From positions 1,674,001 through 1,738,000 of the forward strand of contig CM022676.1 in the NCBI GenBank assembly GCA_012295275.1: a DNA stretch of 64,000 nucleotides. The letters are read 5' to 3'. The DNA is from Chrysomallon squamiferum. Lineage: Eukaryota > Animalia > Mollusca. This document shows positions 28,793 to 43,455 of this stretch, in pieces; the stretch's first letter is position 1, and each line of letters starts with the position of its first letter. The position numbers and the translations under genes are program-made. The notes beneath the pieces are model-generated. The model searched no databases and had not been told where the DNA came from. It saw only the letters and a list, made by a program, of their open reading frames with translations.

Positions 28793-29873
28793 TAATTGTA
28801 AAAAGGTAATTTTCTTAAAAAAGTAAATATAGGTATATTTTTTATTTATTGATTATTATTATTATTATTTTTGTGTGTGTTGTTTTTTAATTGTTTTTAA
28901 AATGCCAGTTTTTGTTCCTGAAGAATTTGAAAATCTCAGCTTGTTTGTTTTTGGTTTGAACATATTTAAAATAGTTTTAGAATTTGAATAGATTAAAAAT
29001 CATAGTATTTTTGTATTTTGCATCAAACTGCATTTTGGTGTTTAGATCAATCTTTTTATACCTGATGTCAGTATGGATTCATTAAGCTGTTATTATTTAA
29101 TATTCAACAATATTTTATGATTTACAGGTTCAAATGGTATTTCCATCACCCTGAGAAAAGACCAATTTTTTTTTTTTTCAATGATTCTGAAGTGACCTCT
29201 TTTTTAACAATCAAACTTGTAACAGTTTTCATACATTAATTAAACATTTTCTTCACAACTGATAAATCTTTTTTTCAAAGGTGACTGTGTAAATAAAACT
29301 TTTCTTTAAAGTTAATAAGACTATTCTTTAGAACTGATAATTAGACTTGTCTTCAGCTCTCATAAAAAAGTCTTCAAAACTGATAAATGAAATTTCATTG
29401 AAGCTCATAATAAAACATTTTTTCACAGTTGATAATCAGATTTTCTTTCAAAGTGGATGAAGTTTCTTTGATAAATGTTTTCCTTTATAACCTATATGAA
29501 CCACCAGCTTCCATTCCATGTATAAAAGGTGAATGGACATTCAGCTTTCTTTGACACTTTAATTGACATTATTACAAAACAGAATTTATTTCTGAAAACA
29601 TTTTGGTAGATATATACAATCACAACTAACAGTTAATTTAGCTGTCAACATTCTCAGTGTATGAGAGTGAAGGGAGAAAGAGTATGAGAAACTGAGACAC
29701 AGAGAGGGAAATAGAATAAGAAAGTAAAAGAAAAAGAGAGAAGTCACATGTAAACTGATTTAGACATTAAAAGTTGTTAAAAAATAAAATTAATTATACC
29801 AAATTTTTTTATCTTCCTGTCAAAATGTTTTTTATTAATAGTAAATCAGTATTTTACAATATACTTTTATTTA

Positions 29874-29905
<32 letters not shown>

Positions 29906-30676
29906 GATGATCATGGCTGTGAAGAAATGCTGCACCCTTTTATTTCATACATGAACACTTACATGATAGCTAAGTGTAGTATGTACATCTCACAACATTC
30001 CCACGCTGACACAGTCACAATTAAAATATTTTGGACATTGGTTGTGCAGTAAAATAATTTTGTTGAAGACTAATATATGTACAGTCTGGTTTTGACAAGT
30101 CTTGACCATGTTATTTGATTTGAGCTGGAGAAAGATAAGTCTCTTATAAAACACACTTACACAGTAATTAATGGAAATTAATACACATTCCAAAATATAC
30201 TTGACATATTCACTTTTACTTTTTCTCTCCTGTTTTTCAAAAGCAGAAATGACTCATGAAACTGTATGTTGAAAATATAAAATTCTTAAATCTGATTTAT
30301 AAAAAGAAAAGCAAAATGTCCATTATTTTCAGTGAGTAACTATAATTTATGTAACTAAAACCTGTTTGGTTAGCTCAAATTATTATTTACTGCAGGGTTT
30401 TTTATTGTTTTTTTATGTTTTTACTTATTTTTTCTTTACTTTTCTTTAAAATTTTTAGCTTTCTAAATATAAATTGAAATAATAATAATAATTCACAGGA
30501 TGCTGCTGCAGTGGATAGTACTTCTCTGTGGACGGCTTACTCCCAGCTGGTAGAATTCCCAGTTGGTCGAAAGGCTAAATGTGGTTCAGTGGTCTTATTG
30601 ACGTATATGTTTTTACCTCAGTCATTAGAATGAACTGTTCCAGATTATTTGGAAAGCGATTATTATTCTATAAATA

Positions 30677-31326
30677 CAGTATAATCTCGCTTAACGATAT
30701 CCCGCTTTAACGATCTTTTTTCTTTACAAATTATAGAAATAGAAATTTAATAGTTAATTGCTCGAAATAAATGATACAAATGCATACAATGCATGTTTTT
30801 AAGTCTGTTTTCGTTTGTTTTCCGTTCATTCACGAGCTTCTCTCAGCTGTTTTGATCAGTTGACACGTCATATGTGCATGTGATATTCTGATTCTCTTTT
30901 CTCTTCTGCTTCGATTTAGACTTAAACTCGTTTGTAATTTACCCTTCCAATATGTCAAAATGAATAACAGTATACCAGCAAATGCATAAAAGAAACAGAA
31001 AACAATAACTTTAGAAACAAAATACGATATCTTAAATGAAACCAAAACCCACAATGAGCGGCATCTAATTATTTCTTAATGTATTTGTTTAAATTGATTT
31101 GTAAATGATTTACTGTTAATATCTATAATCTATTAAATCATTTATGTCTAAACTGCCGTTTTATTTCTCCTTATTTCACCTCTTTTTTTATGTCAAATTT
31201 CATCAGTGAAAAAGTAACCACTGTTTTTAACCTTAATTCTATTTAAATTAGTCTCCCGCTTAACGATACCTCACTTAACTATCGGAAATGTGGAACCAAT
31301 TACATCTTTAATCTGAGGTATTATTG
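30677..31326 (+). mobile_element. pogo/Tigger-like deleted derivative nested in the TIR element
   Basis: TA|CAGTATAATCTCGCTTAACGAT left end and a degenerate inverted right end ...GAGGTATTATTG|TA. Repeated GCTTAACGAT subterminal motifs. Relic ORF at 30960: MNNSIPANA*KKQKTITLETKYDILN, resembling the CENP-B/Tigger N-terminal HTH (KRK-ITLE-K-II). Confidence 0.7.
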
Positions 31327-32003
31327 TAGTATGTATGCAAATATGACATAAATATTGCATAAAGTATGCAAATATGACAAATATCGAAATAATCCATGTA
31401 TCGAATGTAGTGAATGTAAATAATTTAAAAGAAGGTATTCATCTAAAAGTATTCCCAATGATTTGGTCCTTCATATAAACTTTTTCAGTCATAGCCAAAG
31501 TATTTGCAGGTCATAATATCGTTAGTGTACATACTATTAATATACTATGTCACATTATATTGTATAATATGTGCACAATGTGAATATGTATGTGTGCATA
31601 ACGTAAATATGCTCAGTAACATATATCTTAAACATGTTTAAACTGAATATGGTTTAATTCGAACAGTTAATGATAAATGTAACGTTCACATATTCTATTT
31701 ACTGAATATAAGTGAATTACTCGCATGTTTTTTTAAAATTATATTGTTGAATAAAATTAGTTATTCATAATAATATTTTTGTCGTTTTCTTTTACAGAAG
31801 CAAACATGAGAATTAACAAAAAACACATCGAGATGCTTTTTTCTTTTCTTTTCTTTTCTTTTTAATAGATAGATGAAATTGATGTCAAATTGTTTATTAC
31901 TGGTCGGTTGTTTTGTAATGGAAAGGAAATGTTTATGAATTAGAAATGACCAGCTTAATAATAATAATAATAATAATAATAAGAATAAGAATCAGAAGAA
32001 TAC

Positions 32004-32004
<1 letters not shown>

Positions 32005-32082
<78 letters not shown>
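32005..32082. repeat. (AAC)n microsatellite
   Basis: Directly visible; lies inside the TIR element. Confidence 0.95.
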
Positions 32083-32083
<1 letters not shown>

Positions 32084-32358
32084 GTAATAATATTATAATA
32101 ATAATGTTACATAATCGATTTAGGAACAATGCGCTCCGCTTCTGAATGTTAGAAAGAAACCAGTTGTATGCACAGGCTAAGTTCATTATATACAGAGGTA
32201 ATCAGGTACTGCGGTAAACCAGCTTTTACTACGAAATGGGAATTATACGAACTGGGAATTCTACCAGATGGGAAGACACCCTGTGGACAGTTACATTTGA
32301 GTGAGTGCAGACTAAAATTTCCTTTCCATAAACACACAACAAACACACATGATTAGAC

Positions 32359-32875
32359 CATGTTTGTTATCATATTCACTAACATGTTTGTTATTGTATT
32401 CACTAACATGTTTGTTATCATATTCACTAAACATGGATGTTATCGTATTCACTAAACATGTATGTTATCGTATTCACTAAACATGTATGTTATCGTATTC
32501 ACTAAACATGTATGTTATCGTATTCACTAAACATGTTTGTTATCGTATTCACTAACATGTTTGTTATTGTATTCACTGACATGTTTGTTATCGTATTCAC
32601 TACCATGTTTGTTATCATATTCACTAACATGTTTATCATATTCAATGAGATGTTTGTTATCATATTCACTAAACTTGTATGTCATATTCATTAAACATGT
32701 ATGTTATGATATTCACTAAACATGAATGTTATATTCACTAAACGTGTTATATTCACTAAATGTTATATTCACTAAACTTGTATGTTATATTCACTAAACA
32801 TGTATGTTATCATATTCACTAAACATGTTTGTTATCATATTCACTAAACATGCATGTCATATTCACTAAACATGT
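32359..32875. repeat. Minisatellite, 24-25 bp x ~22
   Basis: Unit CATGT(T/A)TGTTATC(A/G)TATTCACTAA(A). Confidence 0.95.
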
Positions 32876-35800
32876 AATGACAAAACTACAGGACAATGAA
32901 TATATTCATACTGAGATTTTCTTGCTGTATCTTGCTAGGTGCTGATAGCTGCAATTATCTTAGTATGACTGTCTTGGAATGGTAATAAAATGACTAAACA
33001 AAATGAGAAAGATTAATTAGACATGGAACCAGATACTAGAATTTCTCATTTTTCACCCATAAATCAGAATAATTTTTATGTTTTTTATTGTGTCGCCAGT
33101 AATTCAATGATGTAAATGAAAACCCAAGTAACCAGTTAAAAAAGCAATAAATGTACAATGTCTGCCCACCACTTTTGATAAATGAAGTCTTGCCTGACCT
33201 GCCAACGTCTGTTGTTGTCCAGTGATCACCATTCATCAAAATGTGAATTTCTGTTATAAACTGACTGTGAAGAAGCTAGCTGTATTCAACACAGTGCATT
33301 CTGATAGATAAATGAACAATTAATTTCTGTCAACCGACTGAGAGATGCCATTATTGGCGTGATTAACGTATGAATTTTAAATTGTCTGAGATGAATGTAT
33401 ACAGTCTTCTTCGTGTTGACTAAGGTGTCCCAAGGTGATTTGACCTCAGTGAAATGTACAGAAATGTCTCTGTATAAAAAGAATAAAACTACCCATGCTG
33501 ATCATTTTCTTCTCTTCATTTCCTGTTTTACCTCTTCTTTTCTTTTTCTTTTCTGTTTTGGTCGCTTTTCCATAATGATTTTCTTTTCAGGTATTTTTAT
33601 TAATTTTGTTTGGTCTCTCTGTTGGACCTCTGCATAAATCAGCTCTCTATATAAAACTGAAATATGTGCCATCTTTACAGAATATTACAAGTATTAATAA
33701 CTGAATATTTTTTCTCTGACAAGTTAAACACAGTTATTGGTACATCTCGGATAATACTGGGTAAATGATACTTCTAATGTGTGAGTATCTAAAGATAGAT
33801 TATAAAAAATGAATTATGTAATCAAATACGTTTTATTTACATTCAAGTATGTCTCTTGGCTAAAAGAAGAATTAATAGTGAATCAGAAGGTAGCTCGGTG
33901 GTCAACATACCCACCCACATACCCACCCAGACAGATTCACAAGTTTAATGATGGGTTATTCAGTGAATGCATATACTCTGCATTTGAAAAATGTGACTGT
34001 ATTCACGTTTTCAAGCTGGACAGTACCACAACTCTGATTTGGTGCCTTGGAAGCAGACATGTGGAAGTTGGCTTCAATCAATACTGAAAATCAGCCTACA
34101 GCTCTTCCTTGCTTCACTTTCAAAATTCATATTATTTAAGTTACAAAAGGGAAGTCAAGAAATATACTTGGACATAATGATTATTACAACGAGCAATAAA
34201 ACATAAATGTGTTTGGAATGAGTCTGAAGGTAACAGAAAGGTACATGATCAAAATACAAGTAACAAATCACAAGTCCACTATATATATCTGCTTCAGTGT
34301 TAGTGTTTTTCAATGCGCAATTGTGATAATGTTAGTTCAACACATGCAGGCATTTTGTTTAGTACTACAGTTGGAATGCTAAGAACAAACTCATCATTGT
34401 ATAGCACTGATCATATCTGAAATTAAAGAACAATGTATTCTCTTTATCTACTCAAAATCAGAAGCAAATCCATATTATAGTTTTGTAACTTTTGGCCATT
34501 TATGCATTTTGCTATGTTCTGGTTATCTGTTTATAGCCACAAAGTCATTTGGCCTTTTCCTCATGTTTGTATCATCATATAATGATCATTGTCAAATTTT
34601 TTTACAGGTACTCTCTTGGTGGAGTACTTTCAGGTTTTAAATCCCAGACAGCACTGATCATCAGTAATGGAATGAAACATTGTCAAAAATAACTGGGTTT
34701 TTTTTTGCACTTTTGTCATTTTAAGTATTTTTTTAATATTGCTTACTCAGCCTTGAAAATCTGTAAAGTACTTCTTATGGTAGTACCAAAACAGATCTCA
34801 GTATATAGTCACATTCATTTGTTATATCAATCAAGTTAATATTTGTTATGAGTAGCAGAAATTTGCTCATATCACACTGTGCTGATGTTGTCACATTTTG
34901 TCAGAATTCAAAACATTATATCTCAAAAAGTAAGCAAGATACAAAAAATTTTAAATTCAAAATTTCTATTTAAATAACAATTTTTCTTTTTTAATTTTGA
35001 CTGCCACACACACACACACAGAAAGAGAGAGAAAAAAAGAAACAAAAACAAATGATTAAAAGAAAAATAACATAGTTACTTATAAATACAGTAAAATATA
35101 ACCATATAAGCTGTATTACATTAAATAACTTTTTAAAAATTTCCTGTCTATTTTTTCAAGTCAGGACACAAACTATCTACATGATACTGTTTTGTTTTAA
35201 TAAACTATGTATGAAATAACTGACATTTCATCTCACATCAAAAACAGATGCTGTTTCAAAACAGAGAAGAAACTGGCTCCTGGAGCAACATCATGTCTGC
35301 TGAACATCCACCATTACAGACCAACATCAGCAGTTGAAAGTGATTAGTGGATTGAAAACATATAAGTCTGAAACAATACATACAACCCAGAGGAAGCCAG
35401 AGGTCAGAGGTCAGCATGATTGGAAGAATGTCAGATTCCAAACATCAACCATGTTCAGATGTGGTAATCAAACTCAGGTTTTGCTACCATTGTTTTGTAA
35501 GTAAATGTAACAAGAAATACTGCTGCAGATGTCTGAAATGTTTCCATGATAAAAATCATTAAAAATGATTATTAAAACTACAGGAAATACTGGATTTTTT
35601 TTCAGCAAATTTTAAAAACAATGTAAAAGACCTCAGCACTGGAGTAAAAGCAACAGTGATGATGATAATAATAATAATTTTAATAACAATGAAAGCAATG
35701 GTAATAATATAAATTTGCAATCATATTATATAATAGTAATAAAAATACTTAGTAACATTAATTATTATTAGTATTATTTTGTGAATAACTAAAATATTAC

Positions 35801-36086
35801 ACTGAATTAAAAATGTTTTATTTAGAAAAATAAACTGAAAAGGGCATTATTTCAGAAATAAACACTTTATCTGACAAAACCTATGATTTGACTAATGTAC
35901 AGCCCAAAACCACAGGAAAATGTCAGAAAAGCTGTTAATACTTTGTTAACACTTTACCAACCACAGAACTGAACAATCATGTCAAGAAATGTGAAATCAG
36001 AAATGTTTTTGAACTATCTGTAAATAGTAAAATGTTGGGAAAAATATTGGCAAATTTAGTTTGGTTAAAAACCTAATCCTGATAAT

Positions 36087-36122
<36 letters not shown>

Positions 36123-37512
36123 AAATAGACTGCAAAATTGATAGGAATGGAAGTATTTTTGTTTTAGGAATTTAAACACAAAATCAATTTATATAAATAC
36201 CCATGAAACAGTTTTATATAACATTTTTTTAAGACCTCAAATATTAAGTTGTTTACACAGCCCATACTTACACATATAAAAATATATGGACACATATAAA
36301 CAAAACATTAAACATTCTCAAATCATAGATACATTTAAACAGATTAAGGAAATTCATAAAATACAAGAAGACACTCATGTGCATAAAAACACTTCAGAAA
36401 ATACCCAAACATATACATACCAAATTTATTAATACATATACTACATAGCTACACAAACACTGAGAAAATGAGCTATTTGTATGTTATTTAACAGAAAGCT
36501 TTTTTTTTTTTTTTTTTAATGGAATTAATTTCCGGTGGACTGAACAACATAATTAAAACAATATTTGATAATGATATCAGAACTTTTTGACCTGAGGTAA
36601 AAACTGGGTGTTGCCAATTTTCTCATGTTTCCTTGGAGCTAATTAAATCATAAACTGCAACACTCAACCTGATGCTTAATTGAAAAGAATGTTATTAGTT
36701 CAAAGCTGTACAACAGTGCTGAGCACATGTAAACATGAAAATCACTCCAAATTCTGCTCTCAGTTTAAGACTGCCAAATTTTCATGTACTAATATTACAT
36801 ATACTCTACTGTACATCATTTGAACCTAATTTCTGAAAAATAAACATACATCTGATTAGAACATAATTTTTAAAAAGCGACATTATATAATATTTTATTA
36901 CTTTAGTATTATTCCAATTCTTTTTCACAGCTTATAGCAGATAATGCCAGTTTTTTAAAGTAACATATAAACCATTGTAAAAAAGATTTAATAAAAAAGA
37001 AAAAAAAAAGTGTGAAGAAGATTATGCCAAATTTTTATTAAGTAAGCTATTTATAGACTATTATATTTGTCTTTTTTTTAAAATAACATGACCAAAAAAC
37101 TGGTATATGCCAGTATTTTGATTAAATATGTGTTTGTTTATACTTTATTTTATCCATGTTAATTATTAGTACTTTCTTAAAATGTTCATTACTGTTATTA
37201 AAATCACTAGTTAATTTGTTCAACAATCTTTCTTTATTTTTCTATACAAACATATCATATCCTGCTGCATAATTTGCATTTTTTAAGTTTACTGATTTAT
37301 ATGAAAAAATAAAACAAAAGAGAAATATTTAAAACAATTTTAAAATTATTTATTGATTATTAAAAATAATAATCATTTAACTTGCCACTGGAGTCAGTTG
37401 TTTAAATGATGCAAATCTGCAGTGTACAAACAAATTCATTAAGAAAAAAGAAAGACTGAATTAGCAAAGTTTTGTACACGCTATTTCCTTTTCTTCTAAG
37501 TTGGGATTGAAC

Positions 37513-37955
37513 GAGTCATACTAAACATACATCAGGATACAACAGCAGTAGTCGGAGTGAGTCATACTAAACATACATCAGGATACAACAGCAGTAGTTG
37601 GAGTGAGTCATACTAAACATACATCAGGATACAACAGCAGTAGTTGGAGTGTGTTGTACTAAATATACATCAGTATACAACAGCAGTAGTCGGAGTGAGT
37701 CATACTAAACATACATCAGGATACAACAGCAGTAGTTGGAGTGAGTCATACTAAACATACATCAGGATACAACAGCAGTAGTTGGGGTGAGTCATACTAA
37801 AAATACATCAGGATACAACTGCAGTACTTGGAGTGAGTTATACTAAATGTGTTTCAGGATACAATGGCAGCAGTTCAATGAGTGATATGAAGTGTGTGCC
37901 ATTATTTATTGGTAGCAGTTTGAGTGATTGTAAGTGTGTATCAGGATACAACAGC
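37513..37955. repeat. Minisatellite, 46 bp x ~7 plus ~3 degenerate copies
   Basis: Unit GAGTCATACTAAACATACATCAGGATACAACAGCAGTAGTTGGAGT at 37513, 37559, 37605 and onward. Confidence 0.95.
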
Positions 37956-39169
37956 TGCATAATGCAGAAATATACTCATTTATCATACATCTGTTATATA
38001 TGTCATTCACTAATTTAAACAGCAGCAAATGAATGTGTGTTAGAGAATCTCTCTGTGTACATGTTTTACCTCAATACTGTATAACAGTACTTGAAATAAT
38101 GTGTTTACTGTGAAAAAAACAACAACAGAATTTCTAAATTATAACTAAATATATATTTATTAGTGACTGAGTATACATCATTACATATAAATATATGTCA
38201 TCAAATAAGATAACATTTATCTATTCAGATAGATTATACGACAACATAAATGTGAATAATGTAAAAACATGAAAATAAAAATCTGTTTTAACTTTTTAGG
38301 ATCAAATTTCTGAATGATCATTTCAAATTAGCTTGACTGCAATAATCTTTTTTCTTTTTCTTTTCTCTCTTCAAAATAAGTCAAGTAATGAAGCACTCTT
38401 TTCATACCCATCAAATCATCTCTGTTTCAAAGCAGGAAAAGCAGCGTGACAGCAGTTGAAAAACCTCATATTACTTCATTCCTCAAGATAGCATAAGCAG
38501 ATAAAATAGTTTTCTAAAATAATTTTGACAGAAGACATTTCTTATGTATCAAGAGTTCTTCAAGAGCAGTTAACTCTATTCAACACGCTGGCACCCCAAT
38601 GTTTTATGATGTATATAATCATAGTCTGCCATTTTAAATGAAATGATCGACTGGTACTTGCTGTTTGGCTTAACATCACTCCAGGGCTCATTCTCCAGAC
38701 ATCATTATGAACTACGCTGATTACAAACATATATGCTAATATTATCTCCCTTTGAAGACCAAATATTGAAAATGTCTTTTTAATGCAGTTTCCATTTGGT
38801 AAGCATTCCAAATGAGTTTTTGCCCTTTTAGCCATCTCCTCTCTGTTAAAAACAGATTTGTAATTTTCATAGTAAGTTCATCTAATATAAGATTCTTTCA
38901 CAGAAGTTGTCATTGAATAGGTTTATTAATACAATATACTTGTAGCCAATTATCCAGTGTTAAATATACATCAAAGCATTTGTAATTTTATTCCACTGTT
39001 AGCTATGCTTCATACTATCTGTAAGAAACTTACCACTGTGACATTTTTACATGTGAACAAACCTCTTTTACTTATACCTACAGTTTTACTACATTCCAGT
39101 TTTAGTGATACAGATAGAGATAAATAGTTTTTATGTAACTGGATAAACAAATGAATTGGTTTCTAATAT

Positions 39170-39445
39170 CTCAGTAGTAACAGTAGTTATTACATCAATT
39201 TCAGTAATTGCAGTATTAATAGCAGCTACAGTATCAATAGAAGCAATTACAGCACTAGCATTGGCAATAGAGTGTTACAGTAGTAGCAGTAGTATAGCAG
39301 CAACACCTGTAGTAATAGTAGTAATAGTAGTAGTAGTAGTAATAGCAGCAGCAGCACAGTAACAGTAGTAGTACTACTAATAGTAATACTAGTAATAGTA
39401 AATGCAGCAATAGTAATATAGAATAATAGCAACAGCAACAGTAAA
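39170..39445. repeat. Low-complexity (AGT/AAT/AGC)n tract
   Basis: Directly visible degenerate trinucleotide repeat. Confidence 0.85.
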
Positions 39446-41503
39446 TAAGAAATTATACATTTTAAATAGTTAGGACCAACATAAAAAATAATAAGGAATT
39501 TGGATGACTATCAAAACAATCTCAATAAACAGGAAATTATTTTACATTAGGACATTAATATATATGCTATTATGTTTTTTGTTTCTTTTTTTATTTCATT
39601 TCATTATTATTATTATTATTATTATCATTATCATTTATTTTATTTTATTTTATTTTTTTCTGTTAATACAGATATAAAATTGATAAATAATAATTTTTCA
39701 AACTTAAATAATACAAAAATTCATAATCCATTGCAATTAGAGAAAAAACAACTATTTTGCTTCAGTAAAAAATGAAAAATGAAGTTTTTTTTTTTCTTTT
39801 TCAGTTAAAAAAATGTGTATGCTTCTTTCATTAAATATTTTTTGTGATTACATTTCACAAGATAAATTATTATGGCATGTGTTCACACAACACAATCATC
39901 AATCATCCGCTGGCAATGATAAGTAATCAGATCCTGTCTGTTTTTCATAATTTTCTTTAAAAATGAATTTATTTTTATCATCTTGTCCTACTCCTACACT
40001 AGTAACTCATATCATCACTCAAGAGTCAAAAGGTCAAAGTGGCAGATTTTAGAAACATTTTTATTGCTGTTGGTAAGTTCCATCTTTGATTATATTAGAT
40101 CAAAAAAAAAAAAAAAAAAAGAAAAAAGAAATAATAACTATGCCCTTAATAACACTGCTTATCATTGTAGAAAGCTTTTTGAGGTAACTTTTATCAGTGT
40201 TTTAAAAAAATTATTTTCATACACACATTCTTTTTGTTTAGATCTCAGATTTCTTCTGTTTACTCATTTAACCTAAATTATCTTTCAGATTTATTATTTG
40301 AAATTTAAAAAATAAAATAAAGAAAGTGTATAAATAAATAAGTAAATAAGGAACCAAATAAAGAAACAAAGAACCAAAACAAAGAAATTAGAAATAATTG
40401 CTGTAAAATATTAAAAGTATTACTTGAAGAAAAAGATAGACATACATATATTTTTTTTTTCTCTATTAAAAAACGATTTACACAGTTTTAGTCTAACAAT
40501 TCATGTTATAAATAATTTAATGTAATCTATTTTCATTGTTTTATTAGAACAACTTGCTACGGAATTCTTCAAAACTGGATTCCACCTTGAAAAATAGAAC
40601 ATACAAATAGGCTGCTGTTATCATCTGCCAGTGAGAATATTAAAGAGTAACCACAGACGTCTGTGTATTAAAGTTGTCTGTCACTGTGAAATATCACAGA
40701 TATGTAACGATACAAACGTGATTGGTATGCAAACAAGAAGAAAAAAGAAGTATGCACACATGTGAAACTGCACAGGGCTGGAAAAACGTCAAGAAATCAT
40801 CATTGTGTTATTGCAAATATTTGCTTCTCCTGAATTCTCTTCTAACTTGATATTTTAACTGATATTTTCGTGTAACCACCATCTGTTTACAATTAAGGGG
40901 AGACAACTGCTATGTAAATAAAGAGATCGAAAAGGGAAAGTTTTAATAAAATTTAGTAATTATTTAATGTTTTGTTATGACATATGCAATATAAGTGCAG
41001 AAACACTCTACAGATGCAATGAACACACATAAAAATGCACTCATGCACCTGCATGAATACACACACACACACACACACACAAACTGTCAGATATACCATA
41101 AGAACATAGAAGTACATACTAATACACAATATTCTGAAACTATTTATTTTGAAATGATTACTATAACTTTTTTTGTAACTGTTTTGGGGAATATAATCAA
41201 AAAATATTTATTAAATTAAAACTTTTCTTTTTCTTTTTTATTTCTTCTTTATTTCTTATTTATTTATATACCAAATGTTTAAAATTTTATATTTTATTTT
41301 TATGATGTCATTAACATAAGTGAAATTTTTATTATTAAACGAAACATGGAAACTGAATTATTACAGTGAAATATTATTTATATTTGCATTAATTAAGAAA
41401 ACTCGGCTGTTTCACCCTAACTGCCACTCACATACAATCTACCAATCTAAACATCTGTCACATACACAAACATGTTTTCACTTTCCAAATCAAAAACTCC
41501 TGT

Positions 41504-41517
41504 GTTACCATAGCAAC
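41504..41517. promoter_or_regulatory. RFX X-box
   Basis: GTTACCATAGCAAC matches the GTNRCCATRGYAAC consensus. Confidence 0.55.
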
Positions 41518-42263
41518 ATATTTTCCTGCTTGTCACAAAACAATTCTTAACAAGTAACCCTGGATTATTAGAAATCTAAACACAAAGGAAGAAAAAGAAT
41601 ATTATCTCAACTTGAATTTAAAGAAATTCATAATATACTGTTGTATACTGATAAAACACTTTTTGTCTTATTATTTATTTATTAAATATCACCACAACTC
41701 CAAATTAAAGGATATTATTGTTATTCATATATAGCATATTTTTTCTCTGCTTTTAAAAGTAAACCTTTAAGTACTGCCTGAAAGAAATATCTTTCTAAAA
41801 TATGCCTCTCTTCTTTTTTACTTTTTTTCTTCTTTTTTTTCCCAAGAATTTATTCTACTTCCAGTTTTTGCATTTCCCTTTGTGAAATGAAACCTGAATA
41901 TTTTTATTATATTTTATTTTATTTTCCTACATTTTATTTATTTATTCAAATCTGTAATTTGTCTTTAAAGATTGTACTTGTTCTTTTCTACATAATATAA
42001 AAAAAGAAAAAAGAAAAAAAAAGGAAAAATGAATTATTTATTATTATGTTTTTGCTTTCAAATTTGTTTTTGTTTGTTTGTTTAAATTGTTAATATTTTG
42101 GGGGAGGGGTATATTCACTACATTTTGTAAACAGACAATATACCCAGACATCACAATGACAATAGTTACAGTGGAAGTTTAAATTGTGAATGCTACAGTA
42201 GTCACAGAATGGTCAAAAACAAAATCATTTTTATTAACTTTTACAATTTAGCATATTTATTAT

Positions 42264-42265
<2 letters not shown>

Positions 42266-42337
<72 letters not shown>
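42266..42337. repeat. Compound (CT)n(CA)n microsatellite
   Basis: Directly visible. Confidence 0.95.
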
Positions 42338-42712
42338 AATATCTCTTTAAAAAACAAACCAAAAAAGGCCTATTTGATATTAAGTTGTAGACAAACAAAA
42401 CTTGTGTCAGATGCCTGCTCTGTAACATTTTCATTTAATGTATTTTTATATGTAAATGAAAGAAAATAATTATATACAAACACAACCATGTGGCTGCTTA
42501 ACTACTCCAACAGTCACATTTGGGTTTGCTCTTTCATAAAACAGGCCCAGCCCAGCTTTTCGGAAGTGCATAGTGTACTAAAACATGAAAAAGTTCCTGA
42601 AATGTAGCCAAATGTTCTGTGTACAGGTAACAACCAGTGAAAAACAATAGCATTGTTACACCCTGATATTTACTCTTATATCTTACTTATAATTCAAACA
42701 TCTATCTAAAAC

Positions 42713-42715
<3 letters not shown>

Positions 42716-42760
<45 letters not shown>
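42716..42760. repeat. (TA)n microsatellite
   Basis: Directly visible. Confidence 0.95.
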
Positions 42761-42764
<4 letters not shown>

Positions 42765-43409
42765 CCAAAAAAAGGTTCCTACACATATATATATAATATC
42801 TATAAACATTCATACTTTTATTTCAAATGAAATAAAGCAAAAAAGGACATTTCCATAAGTAAAAGCAGTTCTGTAAATATGTCAAAGTAATCACTGCAAT
42901 AGAAAAAAAAAAAAAAAAAAAAAAAAGACTTTCTCTTTTTGTAAGTCATTACAATTACGTATTATAATGTATAATATAAACTTAATCATTCATTCATTCA
43001 TTCACAAAAGACACACACACACAATGCACAACATATTGAATAAGCACAAGATACACTCTTCCTCACACACTTAAGCATATCCACTACATACACACACTAA
43101 CTTACACAAAACATTTTGTCTGTTATTCAAGATGCCCACTGAAATACACCTGGATATATAAACCTACAAAGGTGTTCATGCAGTCATGTGAAACATGCAA
43201 GGTGATATGTAAACTGTTTGTAATTTAACTATAATAGCAATGATAAAGCAGAAAACATTATTTTATACTCTGTGAGACAAAAACAATATATAAAATATGG
43301 ATATACTTTTATAATCTGCAAAATTAATTAATAACCAAAATAATTAAACTGTTGATGCTTAAAATTTCTTGCCAACTACAAATTTGCTACAAGATGAGAA
43401 TGTGTAGTG

Positions 43410-43412
<3 letters not shown>

Positions 43413-43452
<40 letters not shown>
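43413..43452. repeat. (GA)n microsatellite
   Basis: Directly visible. Confidence 0.95.

Positions 43453-43455
<3 letters not shown>

Larger units (their letters stand above)
30534..32280. mobile_element. Non-autonomous TIR DNA transposon, probably Mutator-like (MULE), 1747 bp
   Basis: The left end GGCTTACTCCCAGCTGGTAGAATTCCCAGTTGGT matches the reverse complement of the right end GGTGTCTTCCCATCTGGTAGAATTCCCAGTTCGT at 28/34 positions. An exact 8-bp target duplication CTGTGGAC lies at 30526-30533 and 32281-32288. The interior is CpG-rich relative to the flanks. The superfamily call is inferred from the GG..CC ends and internally repetitive TIR. Confidence 0.8.

Noticed and set aside
34330-34990. 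Possible MITE or DNA-transposon relic (TATCTCAAAAAGTAAGCAAGATA motif, small hairpin GTACTC..GAGTAC)
   Set aside because: No terminal inverted repeats or target duplication could be located by eye.
38560-38835. 91-aa minus-strand ORF after an acceptor-like site
   Set aside because: No recognisable homology and no clear donor; cannot be supported as coding.
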